Shown here piece after piece: positions 1 to 13,009 of a stretch of 64,000 nucleotides of DNA. The position numbers and the translations under genes were made by a program. The stretch covers positions 30,566,001 through 30,630,000 of the forward strand of contig OZ287755.1 in assembly GCA_965649765.1 (NCBI GenBank), read 5' to 3'. Below the pieces are notes generated by a model. The model worked only from the letters and a program-made list of their open reading frames with translations, was not told the origin of the DNA and searched no databases. Source of the DNA: Bispira polyomma (lineage: Eukaryota). The first letter of the stretch is position 1. Every line of letters begins with the position of its first letter.

Positions 1-938
1 TATTGTGACACAATACTAGTATTGATCCAACTCATTTGCAGACATTATATGCACTAAACAACTTCAGAAAACATGTATGTTATTTTCAATGATTTACATT
101 TTTTAATATGTTTCCTTATTGTATAAAAACAAAGAATATAAAACATATTTCTGTTTGGAAGAGTGTAACTTAAATGTTTTTCTAAAATTATCCCTGTTTT
201 TGTGTTGTTTTTTTAAAAAAACTAATTCATTCAAAGTAATGCTGATGTTTTCTTTTTTCTATTCATGTACAATACTTCAGTATTGATCCCTTCTTGGTAC
301 ATAAATTGTGTCACGTTTGTGAAGCATGTACTTTGAAAATATTACCCATTTTAGTTATAATTTTACACACTGCTATATGTATTGCATGTCTCAAGATACC
401 TATTAAAATGACACATAAATTATAAAATTAGTATATAATTAAAATATATGTCATTCTTTATTATTTGTCCTCATGAAAATGTAAATATGTTATCAATAAA
501 TTGAGTTTAAGACCACAAAGAAAAAGTTGTGCAGTTTCTGAGAAGCCGGAGCACACATAACGTGGTTTAGCGGCGATCGTTTTTTGTGTTTACGTCACTA
601 AAGCTTTAAGGGGCTAGTAACGTAAACACATAAATACGTCGGGATAAAGCATGCTATGTTTACAAAAGTAATTTCTAGTCTGTATAACAACTATGGTGCA
701 TTTACAATTATAATTAAGTAAAGCTTTTTATCATTTTTACATGTCTAAACAATTTTAAATTTTAATACTTTGACAAAACTATACAAACAGCCATACAACG
801 ATTCTTATATTGTGATGTCACACAATTTTAAGTCATACAATCGTCGTATTTGTACACAATTTTCACAATGAAGCCTTTCAATTGTGACACATTACACATT
901 GATTATAGGTTTACAGTTTATATACATATACCCATAAT

Positions 939-2186
939 ATGGGACGTATTAAAAAGACACCTTCGGACGTAGCAAAGAGTACGGGGAAAGGACGGCCAAC
1001 AAGGAACACAGTGCAAGTGGAACAGGTATCAGACAGTATAATTAACAGTCTTAATTTGCCATGTTATCAACCCGACAATTCACAGTTTGCGTCTCCAATA
1101 CTCGCAACAGGTACACAGGCCCAAGCTACAGCCACGGCTCATTTGTTCTCGGATTGTCCAGAACAGTTCGGCCAATGGGGTTTCCCTGTTTCCACTGCAC
1201 CGACGGCAAGTAGTGAAATAACCCTCATGATGTCAGTACTTCGACGGCTGGAGGAGTCAAACTCGGAGATTACTCGGAGACTTAACCAGATGGAAGCCCG
1301 TGAAGCTTCAAAGGTGGCAACCCACGTACAGCCGAGTCAAATCCAATCTACAGGGCCACTCACCAGTAACCAGGTCGGGACACTCAACACAGTCCCTGCG
1401 ACTGGGGCGAATCTTCAGCTACCCAATCCGCTCCAACCACCCAGCACAGGGCAGCAGCAATATACCAAGGACGGGATTGTTCCAACAGTGGAAACTCTGA
1501 AGTCACTACCTGATGTGCAGTTGATGGTGAATCAATGTCTAGCACAATATGAGTCGCACGCCCAGTGCGCCCTAGCCCAAGGTAAGCGACAGAAATCAGG
1601 GCGTTTTAATAACACGGACATCGCGTCAGCAGAACCTAAGTTTGGATGGGCCAATGAAGGCTGGGTCGGTGGGGCGACTCGCAAGCGGCCTATGTATGAC
1701 GACTTGTCACTTCCCCAGTGGGCTGCAGGACAGTTAGCAAATGCCCTTCAGGTCACAGATCCGGTAGCTATGAAGGCGATGGTAGAGCAGGTGATATTCT
1801 CGCTTCGGGATGCAGCTTCCCTGCCATGGGAAGTTGTGCGCACTGCGTGGTCCATGAGTATGCATGAGGTCGAAGCTGAGCGCTTGGGATGGAGTGACAC
1901 AACTCAGTGGGCACTAAACCGTATTCTGCCCTCCCAGACGGCGATGGTGAATGGAAACACGACTTTCTCATCCAATTCTAACTCCAACTCCCATAATTCA
2001 AGTCAAGGGCGAACAATTTGCAAGCTATTCAATGCAGGAAAATGTTCTCATCGGGCTGACCATGGCCAATATCGCCATCAATGTTGGCATTGTGCCACAG
2101 TTCTCAAGAAAGAAGCAACACATCCGGAATTCAAATGTTATCGGGCGAATTCGACCAAACAGGCAGAAGGAGCAGTCAATAATTAG
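939..2186 (+). CDS. Gag-like ORF1 of YR retrotransposon with C-terminal Cys/His zinc-finger region
   Basis: 415-aa ORF ending CKLFNAGKC...HQCWHC...HPEFKC; the same C-terminus is at 16763-17155; lies upstream of RT. Confidence 0.85.
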   Translation: MGRIKKTPSDVAKSTGKGRPTRNTVQVEQVSDSIINSLNLPCYQPDNSQFASPILATGTQAQATATAHLFSDCPEQFGQWGFPVSTAPTASSEITLMMSVLRRLEESNSEITRRLNQMEAREASKVATHVQPSQIQSTGPLTSNQVGTLNTVPATGANLQLPNPLQPPSTGQQQYTKDGIVPTVETLKSLPDVQLMVNQCLAQYESHAQCALAQGKRQKSGRFNNTDIASAEPKFGWANEGWVGGATRKRPMYDDLSLPQWAAGQLANALQVTDPVAMKAMVEQVIFSLRDAASLPWEVVRTAWSMSMHEVEAERLGWSDTTQWALNRILPSQTAMVNGNTTFSSNSNSNSHNSSQGRTICKLFNAGKCSHRADHGQYRHQCWHCATVLKKEATHPEFKCYRANSTKQAEGAVNN

Positions 2187-2216
2187 GACATTTGCCGACG
2201 ATCAAGAAACGGGACA

Positions 2217-4568
2217 ATGGAAGAGCATGTTAAGGGCAGTAATAGTAAAAGGAGTTTAGGAACTTTTAGAGATTTAAATAGTGATTACTTAAGTTATAAC
2301 AGTTTAACAGTTTCTAGTATGTATGATAACATATTGAACCAAGAAAGGTTTTCAGAAACACTTGCTTATGTAGAGACACCTCTAATAGATGTTGGAAATT
2401 ATATTGACTTTAATGAACAGTGCAAGGCAGATGACAATGCTTTGAATGTGGACATATCTGTCAGTAATGACAATTGTGTTTGTGAAAATCATAATGTACC
2501 CTTTCAGATACATGAGGCTGCCAACAATGTCCCCAAGGTAAAACTGGTTACTGCCATTGTGCATGAAAATATTACATATTATGATTCAACTGAGAAGTCA
2601 CAAGCTCTTGTTTATAAAAATTTTAGTCAGGATCAAAAATTTAGGGAAAGATTTGGACACGCATATGTACAACATATGGAAAATGTAATTGATGAGCTAA
2701 TTAAGAGCAGTGAACAATCTGAGAAGAAATTAGGTGGAAATGTTAACTTAACTTAACTAACACATGTAATCTTGGAAACAAGGTAAAAAATCTCATGACG
2801 TCGTGCGACTTCTCCAACCAAATTTTTCAGGCGCTGGGGCAAGAAGTTGTCCCAAGAGTCCAGGGCAGTAAGAATGTCAAATTTCCTCCAAAAACTAAGG
2901 GTTTCTTAGCAATTTCTGATACAAAATTTGAATTTATTGGTCCAGATAGATTACCAGTTCACATTACAACAGTTGATCAAATAGTAGAGATAGCTGAAGT
3001 TATCAGAGATTTTGGATGCCCCAATTATAGGGGAGCACGTATCCCACTTAAATCTGGTCTTAAAATTGAAGGTTGGTGAAAAGGCACTGGAAGATTACCC
3101 TGATAAACTTTTGTTACAATACCTGAAATTCAGGTTTCCGTTATCTCTTACTCAACCAGATACACTTAAGGTTAAGGGAACCAAGAATCACTATGCTGCC
3201 CTTCAACATAAAACAGCAGTAAGGAATTACATCAATAAAGAAAAAGCCAATGGAGCTATGTTAGGCCCAGTAAGCACTGTAAAAAGTGAACATTACCACT
3301 GTTCCCCACTGTTAACACGTCCAAAAGATTCGGATAAGCGAAGGGTCATTCTGGACTTGTCATTTCCACATGGTGAGTCAGTAAACGATAACGTGAATAG
3401 AAAAGAATTTGATGACATAGAATTCAACTTAAAATTTCCTAATATAGACGATATTGTAGATGAAATACGCAAAACAAAAGATGCAAGAAGTATTAAAACT
3501 GGACGTAGCCAGGGCGTTCAGAAATTTGAGAGTGGATCCAGTATAAACTTGGAAGGCGAAAAATACATAGATCCTGCGGTAGCGTTCGGCTGGGTCCACG
3601 GCTCAGCCGCGTTTCAGCGTTGCTCTGACGTAGTAGCTTTCAGAATGAGGAAATTAGACCATAGATGTTTCTGTTACATCGACGATTCAGAGAAAGCATT
3701 TGCTGATTTATATAACCTCGTTGAATCCCTAGGATTTCCTATTAATCTGGATAAGCTTTCGAAACCTGGCAAGCAGGTCACTTGTCTTGGAATAGACATA
3801 GATATCGCTAAAGGTATTATTAGCATTACTGAAGAAAAAATTAAGGAAACACATGACATATGTGTACAAACGTTGAAGAAACAGTGGATTTCTAGGTCAA
3901 AATTTCAGTCTGTTTTGGGCAGACTATTATACATTCATAAATGTGTCAAGCCAGCGCGTATTTTCATTAATAGGTTACTGATGGCTTTTAGAAATAACGC
4001 TAATGCCAAACGTTTAAAAATTTCTGAAGAAATTAAGGCAGATCTAGGCTGGTTTGTTCGGTTTCTTCCCAACTATAACGGGATTACTTACATTGAACCC
4101 GTTGTCGATAGAGTAAATGATGTTTTTATAGACGCCTGCTTAGGGGGCGTGTACATGAACCAGGTATATGCATCACCCCTGTATAATATTTATGGACAAA
4201 AATTGATGATTGTACACATAGAAATGCTTAACATACTGCTAGCCATTCGAGTATGGGGCGTTCAGTGGGCGCACAGGAAGGTAATTATGAACTGCGACAA
4301 CATGGCTGTGGTTCTGGTCGTCCGCAGTGACAAAACTAAGGACAAATTCTTAGCACTTTGTCTAAGAAATATATGGCTCTTAACAGAAACTTATGATATC
4401 ACACTTGAGGTTAGTCATATCATGGGGAAAAAGAACTGTATAGCTGACACATTATCAAGATTATATTCTGAGAGTCCTCCAAGAGTTAGGGAAATTGAAA
4501 TACTAAGGCAAAACTACATATGGCATAACGTGCCCATACACTTCTTTAATGTGAACTTTGATGTGTGA
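2217..4568 (+). pseudogene. pol (variable N-terminal region + RT + RNase H), frameshifted
   Basis: SPLLTRPK..RVILDLS, AFGWVHGS, YIDD, TCLGIDID; RNase H DAC..EMLN..CDN..HIMG..N..AD.LSR; split over ORFs 2217, 2795 and 3012. Confidence 0.92.
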
Positions 4569-4574
4569 TTTTAG

Positions 4575-5550
4575 GTTCCACAAAGATTACACAGACTTAC
4601 ATGGAATCAGCCTGGAATAGACTAAATACAGCTCTACGTCCAAAAACATTAAATGCTTATACAAACCAGTTTAAGACATTTGTGGCATTTACATGCTTTG
4701 CAGGCATTCATACTATGAACACTCATGTTGTTATTGCATTTCTAGAATATTTAGTGCAAAATGGAAATTTACCTGGAGCTGTGAACAATTATGTAGCAGC
4801 TATCAGATTCATGGCCAGAAAGTATGGCTGGAATATGGACATATTTGATAACAACACAATTTCAATGTTTACGAGGAATTTAACACACAATTCACAGTTT
4901 AGACCTCAGCCAAGAGGCATTTTTAAAATTCAACATTTAGGGCTGATTTCACAGGGCTGTGTCATATTGCAAGATCCAATTCTTTTTAGATTCATTTTTC
5001 TGCTGTCAATCTTTGGGTTTCTGAGAATATCCAATGTGGCCCCTCACTCTAGGGCAAAATTTGATTCATCACGACATTTATTGCGACAGGATGTAATTTT
5101 TGGCCCACCAGGGGCTCACATAATTATTAAATTGGCCAAAAACTTGCAAACCAGAACAAAAGCCCATGTTATACAAATTCCTGAGCTTACAAATCGGGTA
5201 GCTTGTCCAGTTACAGCACTCAAGGAACTTTAAGTACAAGAGATTTGAACCCTAGTTCACCCCTGTTTGTAACCAAAGATCCACCACACCACCCAGTTAT
5301 TGAAACTCATGTACGTTCTGCTTTATCCTCAGTTTTGGAACATATTGGCTTTCCAACAAATTAACATAGTTTCCACACTTTTAGAAGGTCTGGGGCCACC
5401 TTTGCTTTTAATAATAATGTTTCACTCCAAAATATAATGGCTCATGGGCTGTGGAGGTCGTCAGTAGTGTGGACATATTTGCACAAAACTTCACAGGCTG
5501 CCTCCACGGTTCCTCTCACCTTTGCCTCTGCTTTCCCTCCTCACTTTTAG
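4575..5550 (+). pseudogene. tyrosine recombinase of E1
   Basis: FGFLRISN (catalytic R). After the stop at 5233, FHTFRRSGAT...HGLWRSS..WTY supplies the HxxR and Tyr motifs. Confidence 0.92.
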
Positions 5551-6491
5551 TTTGGCTTGGGTATTTCAAAATATCTGCAAATATTTTTAAAATCTTTACA
5601 TTTTACCCTGAAACTGTATATAGATCACTAACGTGTAAAATAAAATATCTCAAACATTGACCTTCAGCAACACAGTAGGCCACTACCTAATAACCTTTAT
5701 ATGACCTCTATTCCTAACTAGGACAACTGTATATGCTACACAACTTTAGAAAAGGTGTATATTATTTTGTATGATTTATTTTTACAAATATGTTGTCATA
5801 CTTTATAAAAAACATGAATGTATTGTTACATTTTGTAAAACATTTGTCAAACATTGTTAAATTTGGAATATATTAACTTTATGTATTTTAGAAAAGTAAG
5901 AGAGTTTATTGAATTTTAAAGAAAAAATAAATCATACAAAATAATGCTGAAGTCTTTGTTTGTCGGTGGTGTGTAAGATTGTAGTATTGATTCATTAAAT
6001 TTTTTATGTGAAATGTGTCACGTTTGTGAAGGATCTACTTGGAAAAATAGTCATATTTTTCTTACAATTTTATGCTTGTTAGATATAATCGTTTTTCTGA
6101 AAAATTGTTAAAACAAATATTAAAATTGAACTTTAATTGTTATATAATTACTCCTTTATCATTTTACTTATAATACAGTAAAACTCGTGTTTAAAAATTG
6201 ACTGAGGTCTTAATAACAAAAGTAGTGTAGGTTTAAGACAGTTTTTCTTTTATAATATGGGTTTAGCGGAGTGTTTGTATGGTAACCCCTGGGGTTAGCA
6301 AGCTTATTGCTGCCCCCTTTTAGAAAACTCAAAGCGACCTCAAAGCTAAAAAATTAAGATTTCCTGCTTCATTTACTGTAGTTTTTTATTTTTATCTTGT
6401 TTTACAAACTGTTACATTCTATGTGATAATTCCGAGAAAACACTGGATATCAAGAATTGTACACTAATGACTAGACCAGCTACGTGTCGGT

Positions 6492-7060
6492 CCTGGTCAC
6501 ACCTACACGTTCTAGAGCTACGTTTGTGTCATGTTGTGTTAATTGTGTGAATGTTTTGAAATGTAGCAGGAAGTGGGGATAGCTTCTGTGATAGTCTTGT
6601 TACGTTGTGCAACGGATGATATCGCCCTGGAAACGTCCCCGGTTTGTCTTTTGCATATACTGTTTCTAACTGTTTGAAACATTACAGTCACACCTCCCAT
6701 CCACATTTCTCTGTTCATCCCGGAATGTTTCCAAAAGTAGCATAGACGTAGCAATAAGTAGCTCTATATAGTAGTAGGTAGCGAGGAAGTCCCAGTAAGT
6801 AGTGAGATTGTCTCCAATCGTCTCCGCTAGTCAAAAACGTTTCACTAAGTTGCAGAACGCACCAGTAAGTGGCAGTATAGTAGCTCTACATAGCAGAAGG
6901 TAGTGATATCCTACCAGTAAAGTGTTAGATTTTTACCCTCGCTTCATGTGTACAATCGACTACCCCTTTATGGAAATGATGTTACTTTAATACAATACTA
7001 CCACGTTTTCAGTGTATATTGCTTAGGTTCGTTGGGGGCGTTAACACATGTGTGACTAGG
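6492..7060. mobile_element. non-autonomous DNA transposon (MITE), same family as 40123-40728
   Basis: termini CCTGGTCACAC / GTGTGACTAGG; internal sequence collinear with 40123-40728. Confidence 0.8.
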
Positions 7061-7574
7061 TCATTATGCTAACTCAGCTTTGAGTCTTGCTCATATTGTC
7101 TTTCACTTTCGGGCAAAAATTAGAAGGTCATACCTAATTCAATTTTATTTTGGTGTCAATTTATTGAATCTTTCTGCAAAATTCCTACCCCTGATTTTTA
7201 TATGAGCACATATCAAAGCATAGGGTTCTGATTATGGCACCTTGTAAAACATTTGACGGTTACAATTATATGTACACAACTGTGCATTGTGCTCATCTTA
7301 TGGTAAGTCCTACCCTTATCCAGCTAAGGACTGTAGAATAGGACAGAAATTTAAAAAAACGTAGGCAAGGTTTAAATGCAGTGCAAATTAAAAAAACAGG
7401 CATCTGGACATTAATGTACAGAAACGGGCAAATGATACCAGTTAAAATTGTGTATATGTTTTTTCTAGAACTGTGGGGAATAGCACACAGGTAAATGTTC
7501 AGAGTATGAATTGGAGGACTCATGTCTGTAGGTTTAAAAACAAAAGCTATGTACAAGTTTTGAAGCAAGAAAAG

Positions 7575-7830
7575 TTGAATTTGAATTTGGATATTTAACG
7601 TCCACTCTAGTACCTTTTAGTAGGTTATATTGGGACGGGTAGTTGGAAATGCTGGAGGAAACACTGCATACAGTCGGTCAAGGTTCTGCAGAGAAACCAG
7701 CGGCCCACAGTAAGGAACTACCACCTTTCCCACATAGGCATCAACGGGATTCGAACTCATGCCGTCCAGAGGTGAGAGACCAGTGATTGTGAAGCGCAGT
7801 GCTTGCTAACCACTAGGCCACCGCGGCCCC
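7575..7830 (-). mobile_element. tRNA-derived SINE
   Basis: box A TGGCCTAGTGG and box B GTTCGAATCC on minus strand; (CAAATT)n tail; 15-bp TSD TTGAAGCAAGAAAAG at 7560-7574 and 7831-7845; homologous to 37993-38248. Confidence 0.93.
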
Positions 7831-7944
7831 TTGAAGCAAGAAAAGAGGTAAATTTGAATCCTGGGGTGAATTTCTATGGCGAAGTAAACAGAAATATAGC
7901 CAAGCTCTAAGAAGCCCAGTTGGCAAAAAAAAAATAGTATTATC

Positions 7945-8405
7945 ATGTATTATTATTATTATAGATTTTTAACGCGCTTTATTGATGCTAGGCATCTTCT
8001 AAAGCACAACAGCAGAATTATTGGTCTAATGTGGTGTCACATGTAATAACAATGCAATCCAGAGTATTGTCGTTCATGTGGTAAAACACCAAGTTAGCCG
8101 GTTGACAAAAGCCCACAGCACGTCCTACACATATACAAGTAAAAAAGCAGTGAGCAAAAAACATTGACACTTAGCAATCAATTTTGCACCTCTTTGTGAA
8201 GGCATGAATACAGTGGTCGAACAAGGTGGACATAATAGCCACACACACAAGGGAGGCATTAAAACCCCCACGTCTTCAAGTGTCGACCCCATTCATGAAG
8301 ATAATGCAATGAAAGTGACACCACGTTGACAATGGTGAACACTAGGGGACAAACCCTTTTACTCTGGCCAGCGCTGCACAATGTAACCACTCAACCATGA
8401 GGAGG
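7945..8405 (-). mobile_element. probable second tRNA-derived SINE with LINE-derived 3' tail
   Basis: minus-strand head TGGTTGAGTGG...GGGTTTGTCCC; 3' end GATGCCTAGCATCAATAAAGCG..(TAA)n matches the LINE tail at ~56775-56825. Confidence 0.6.
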
Positions 8406-9372
8406 ACAAGTATTACCTCCAATTACAAATAAAACCGAAACACACTGACATTATGGTATGGGCATGGGGTAATGACTTGTTTGAGATGTTTGAGCTGTTT
8501 TATCCCACAGGGTAAGCTAATGTTGGCTCATAATGACAACAAAAACGTAAAACATTAAAATATTTTGGCAATCACACCAGGTTCTGCTAATTCTGCTAAT
8601 TCATTCGGAAAAATATTTATATTCCGCCACCTACCTTTCATTCGGCCACTTATATTTTAGTAAACATACTTCTCATTTAAGGTAACCTTAAATTAAACTG
8701 GTTAACATAGATTAAGATAACTAAACTAAAATTAAGTCAGCCTTAAATCAATATAAAGATAACTAAACTAAATTTAAGTTTACTTAATTCAAGTTAACCA
8801 TAAAGTTTCTTTTATGGTGGCCTTAATTTATAGTCTGTAAAGAAATCTCAGAACTAACTGATACTATTAAACTAATATACCCCAAATGCTGTTTTCAATG
8901 CATCCAAGGTCAAATCAGACATGGTCATGAGAGAGGCATGTACCTTACTAACCCGTTAAATAAGTGATTCATATAAAAACCAGAAACATATTTTTACTAC
9001 TTATCTAGCAATTTTAACAGACAATAAGTATAAAAAATTACATCGCATTAAACAATTAACTTAACTTGTACAGTTTTGCAACACTAAATCATCAGTGTTG
9101 CAACAGGAGGTATAACAATAACAAATTGGTAGACTTTATTAGTTATAGCTAGTTTTATGATAAACGTAATATATATCCTTTAATGTGATATTTCTGGAGA
9201 AAATTAGATATGTGGTAATAGTAAAATTAGTGGAAACTAAAAACATATGATGTAAATACCAACTACATTGGCACACAATAAAGAGCACACCTACACCAAA
9301 GTGTCATCAAAACATGAAATCTATCCCTGGATCCTTGTACTCCTATCCGACCATTCATGATCCACCCCTCTG

Positions 9373-10368
9373 CTAAATTTTATGTAAATCACTTTCATTA
9401 GTTTTGTGTAGTCCTGGTGTATGTGGCATAAATATAATTTCCTTGGAAAAGGTAACCTTATCTGAACTACATTTGGGTAAATGTAATGTTGTGATACAGT
9501 AAAATTTAATCCAAGTATACTTTATTCTATAAAAGACAAAAAAAATGAAGCACAAACCTAAAAGCCAGTAAAAAGTCCAGATGGTAACATTCCAATATGT
9601 CGCCTCCACAGAATAGCCTTTATCATGCCTGCTTATCTGTTTGTACAGTAAATTGGATTGTAGATTTTACTTATATTTTTACAGATCAACATGAATTTGC
9701 ATTCTATTTCATTAAATTAAAAGATTTGATTCTTATTCCACAAATAGTCTGTAACATTCACTGTGATTTGGACGTGTACATAATGTGTGGAGTAATTTTC
9801 TTATAATTGTTACAATATCAACATTTAAAATATAAACTATTCATGATTTGCAAATTTGATACCTTCCATGGTTTGTAAAAAATTAACATTGCTGAATAAT
9901 CTCCTACCTGGGGGAGATAATGTGTCAGGTGAATCAGGTGGCAGGCCAGTAACAAAATAATCAAGAGGAGATATTTAAGACAACATATAATATAAATATT
10001 TTATTTTAAATATTTCTATAGTTTTTATAAATTTAGCATCATGCTTTCTTCAATGTTGACTTTCTGAGGAGTTTGGTTTGTGCTGTTTTGAATGTGGCAT
10101 CTGAACCTGTGTAAACTTCGTAATAAGTGTATGTAACTCCAAAATGAAAAATAAGCTCCACATGTTCTCAGACACAAGTTAAATCTGTAGATGTGAAACA
10201 ATAACTAGTTCTTGTACCTGTGTTCCTGTGCCATTCATCTTGTCCCATTGTTCACTGTTGTATTTTACAAGATACTTACTGCCTTGTATGGTAACCAAAA
10301 CTCTTACCAATGTGAACAACACAAGTCCAGCACACAAACCTAAAATAAACTTCCTCTTCTCCATTATA
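9373..10368 (-). pseudogene. decayed gene for a possible type II membrane protein, family unknown
   Basis: acceptor-like TTATTTTCAG just before the ATG; MEKRKFILGLCAGLVLFTLVRVLV signal anchor; frame breaks soon after. Confidence 0.35.
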
Positions 10369-11099
10369 GCTGAAAATAACTGTATTGTATTAGTTTTTTA
10401 TTTTACCTATTCAATAAGAACTACAACTACAGCCGTGCTTAACCAATTAATCTCAAATTATCAGATAAACTTCACCTCCCGTATTGCCACAATGTATGAC
10501 ATTAGTGATATTAGACATTATTATTTTATTTAAAGATGTTTATTGCCAATACATCCATAGAATATTTACGTTGACCTTAACTTCAGTAATGTCTTAAGCT
10601 TATTTACATTTAAGATGACCTGTGACTTAAGGATACTGAAGGGTGGTACAACCACAGTTAACTAAAGAAAAATGTTTTTTGTATAATGCAAGTTAGCTGA
10701 TTAATATTAACATAACACTGATACATGTGCTTTACTATTAGAGGAGTATCAAACTGAGGGAAAACGGTCAACAAGTAGACAAAGCTTTTGTTGGCATTAA
10801 GAGAAAGATCAATTTGAGTGTTATTAGCATGCAAGTAGTGTTTTAACATTGTTCATTATTGATGATTGAACTGATGGGATGTGTGCAGAGGGTACAAAAG
10901 AAAAGCCCCCATGACAGACCTCTGGGGTCCTCCAAAATGTAGATTGAAATAAGATGAGTAGTGATCATCAAAGGATTGTCCAACTTGGTCCAAAACTCTT
11001 TTTAAGGGCATACTTGATGCTAAGTGTCTTCTTAAGCTCAACATTATTTGTTATTATAAAAGGGAGAGGGGGGAAGAGGCTTGGAGGAGAAAGATGATT

Positions 11100-12420
11100 C
11101 TGTAAACTTATAGTGACTGGTAAATTGTTCTATGGGATGCCTGGTAAGAATGCTGAAACACAACAATGAGGCAAGTTATCGGGGCTGCCAAAGGTTTACA
11201 GCTTTGTATGTAGTAATGTTGAGCTTGAAAATGATGCAGTACTCGACAGGTAACCAATAGAGCCTTTTAAAACAAGGAGTCGTACTGACGTGAGATCCCA
11301 CATGGCACACAACTCTGCACAGGTGATTCTGGATTGACTGTAACCTTTGCCACTTGTACTTCTTTAGTTGATGAACTACAGAATTGCAGTATTCCAATCG
11401 ACTGCTGAAGAGCACATTTGCCAAGGAGGCTAATAGGAAACAGTGATTTGAAGTTATCACTGTCGTTTTAGTGCCGAATAGTATCAATTCAGTTTTGTCA
11501 GGATTGAGTTTGAGTTTGGCCAATTCGTCCAATCTTGTAGAGTCAAGACATCAGCCAAGCATGCTGAGTTGATCATGTGTCGTTAATGATAGGTAGATTT
11601 AGGTGTCATCGGCATACATGTGATATTTGATATTGAGTTTATTAACACCATAACTCGGAGGAGAGGTGTAAAGAATAAATAGGAGTTGCCCCAAGATGGA
11701 TCCCTAGGTAACTCTATCAGGTAAGTCAAAAGAAATAGACAAATTTGATTTAACATTTTATGGTTGATGGTATCAAAAGTTGCTGACAGGTCCAGCAGTG
11801 TCAGAGCATTAATTTCACCTTCATCAAAAGCAAGTCTGTTGTCATTACATATATATAATCGTGCACTTTCAGTTGGGTGGTGTTTTCCATCGGCACACTG
11901 CTGTATGTTGGTTGCATGTTGTGTTTGAACATGTTCCTTCATTAATCAACAGCCTTTTCAATAATTTTGGAAATATAAATTAGTTTAGTTTTATCAAGGT
12001 AATGGTAATGGTAATTATGGAAGTAGAGGGTGTAACAAAAGTAGTTTTAAAAGATAAGATAAGAATTCAAGACAATAGGAAAGAACAGAAGCAGAAATGG
12101 GATCTACATCAGATGATTTGAGAGGGGATAAGGTGATAAGTTTAAGTACATGGCATGACAGTGATTGCGCTTAAGAACATGGTAAGAAGGGTTTGAGGGC
12201 TACAGTTTTAGCACAATCCTAGGCAAGGGTTTATGTCATTACTGATGGAAACGCCAACACTTTGCAGTGAAAGATGTGGGCAGATTGATGTAACTTTGCA
12301 AGGTTTTGTTCATTAAGGTAGTCGTATATTGGTATTGCAACAGTTTCCTTAATCAGTTGATAAACAAGGTTGGAGATTGGTCTATAATTTTTGTTGGCTT
12401 GTTCTTGCCAATAAATACAA
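11100..12420 (-). mobile_element. L2/CR1-group LINE RT remnant
   Basis: NYRPISNL, LLDLSATFDTINH, LKLNPDKTELILFG, RLEYCNS and WLPV in broken frames. Confidence 0.85.
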
Positions 12421-12743
12421 TTTATTATGTTGGTAATAGGAGTGTCCAGACATTCTGTCAGTTGTGTAGTGGTAACAGTTGTGTAGTGGTAACAGTTGTG
12501 GGTTCGATTTTCAGCCTTAGCCATTATGTCGGAAACTTGGCAGTATACTTTGCTGAATGCTGGTGGTTTGCAGTGCAGAATTTATTGACCAATTATCCTG
12601 TACTGCTTACCTCAGCCAATAAACTTCCTGTCTCAATATAATACTTAACCTGACATTATACTGAAAATAACATAAATACAAAATAATAATCTTACCTCTG
12701 TGTAAGTTACAACTAGACAAGTACATGTAAAATGGAATCCTCA

Positions 12744-12745
<2 letters not shown>

Positions 12746-12778
<33 letters not shown>
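12746..12778. repeat. (TA)n microsatellite
   Basis: direct inspection. Confidence 0.95.
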
Positions 12779-12781
<3 letters not shown>

Positions 12782-13009
12782 CCCTCAGTTTCTGGTCATA
12801 TTACACTGTATGTGTCCCTATGGTTTGAAGACCTATGTATATTAGTGCTGCCAAATATAATTTACACACAATATAAACACATCTACGTTTCTATTTATCT
12901 ACCAAGAGGCACCCTGCTACCATAACTAGTTTCACTATTTTAATACACGTCCATTCTAGTGATTGGTTCTATTGTTAACACTTCTGAATCAGTATATTAT
13001 ATCAAACAG

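Larger units (their letters stand above)
46..6270 (+). mobile_element. YR (Ngaro/DIRS-group) retrotransposon copy E1; coding region largely preserved, 3' end truncated
   Basis: gag (939-2186), pol with YIDD and RNase H motifs, YR with HTFRRSG/HGLW/Y motifs. Diverged A-type repeat at ~46-573 and ~5730-6270. B-like segment ~5558-5729 resembles B of E2. Confidence 0.9.

Noticed and set aside
241-336. NCVTFV peptide resembling a papain-like NCxxF motif
   Set aside because: Flanked by stops in both repeat copies; better explained as a conserved DNA block.
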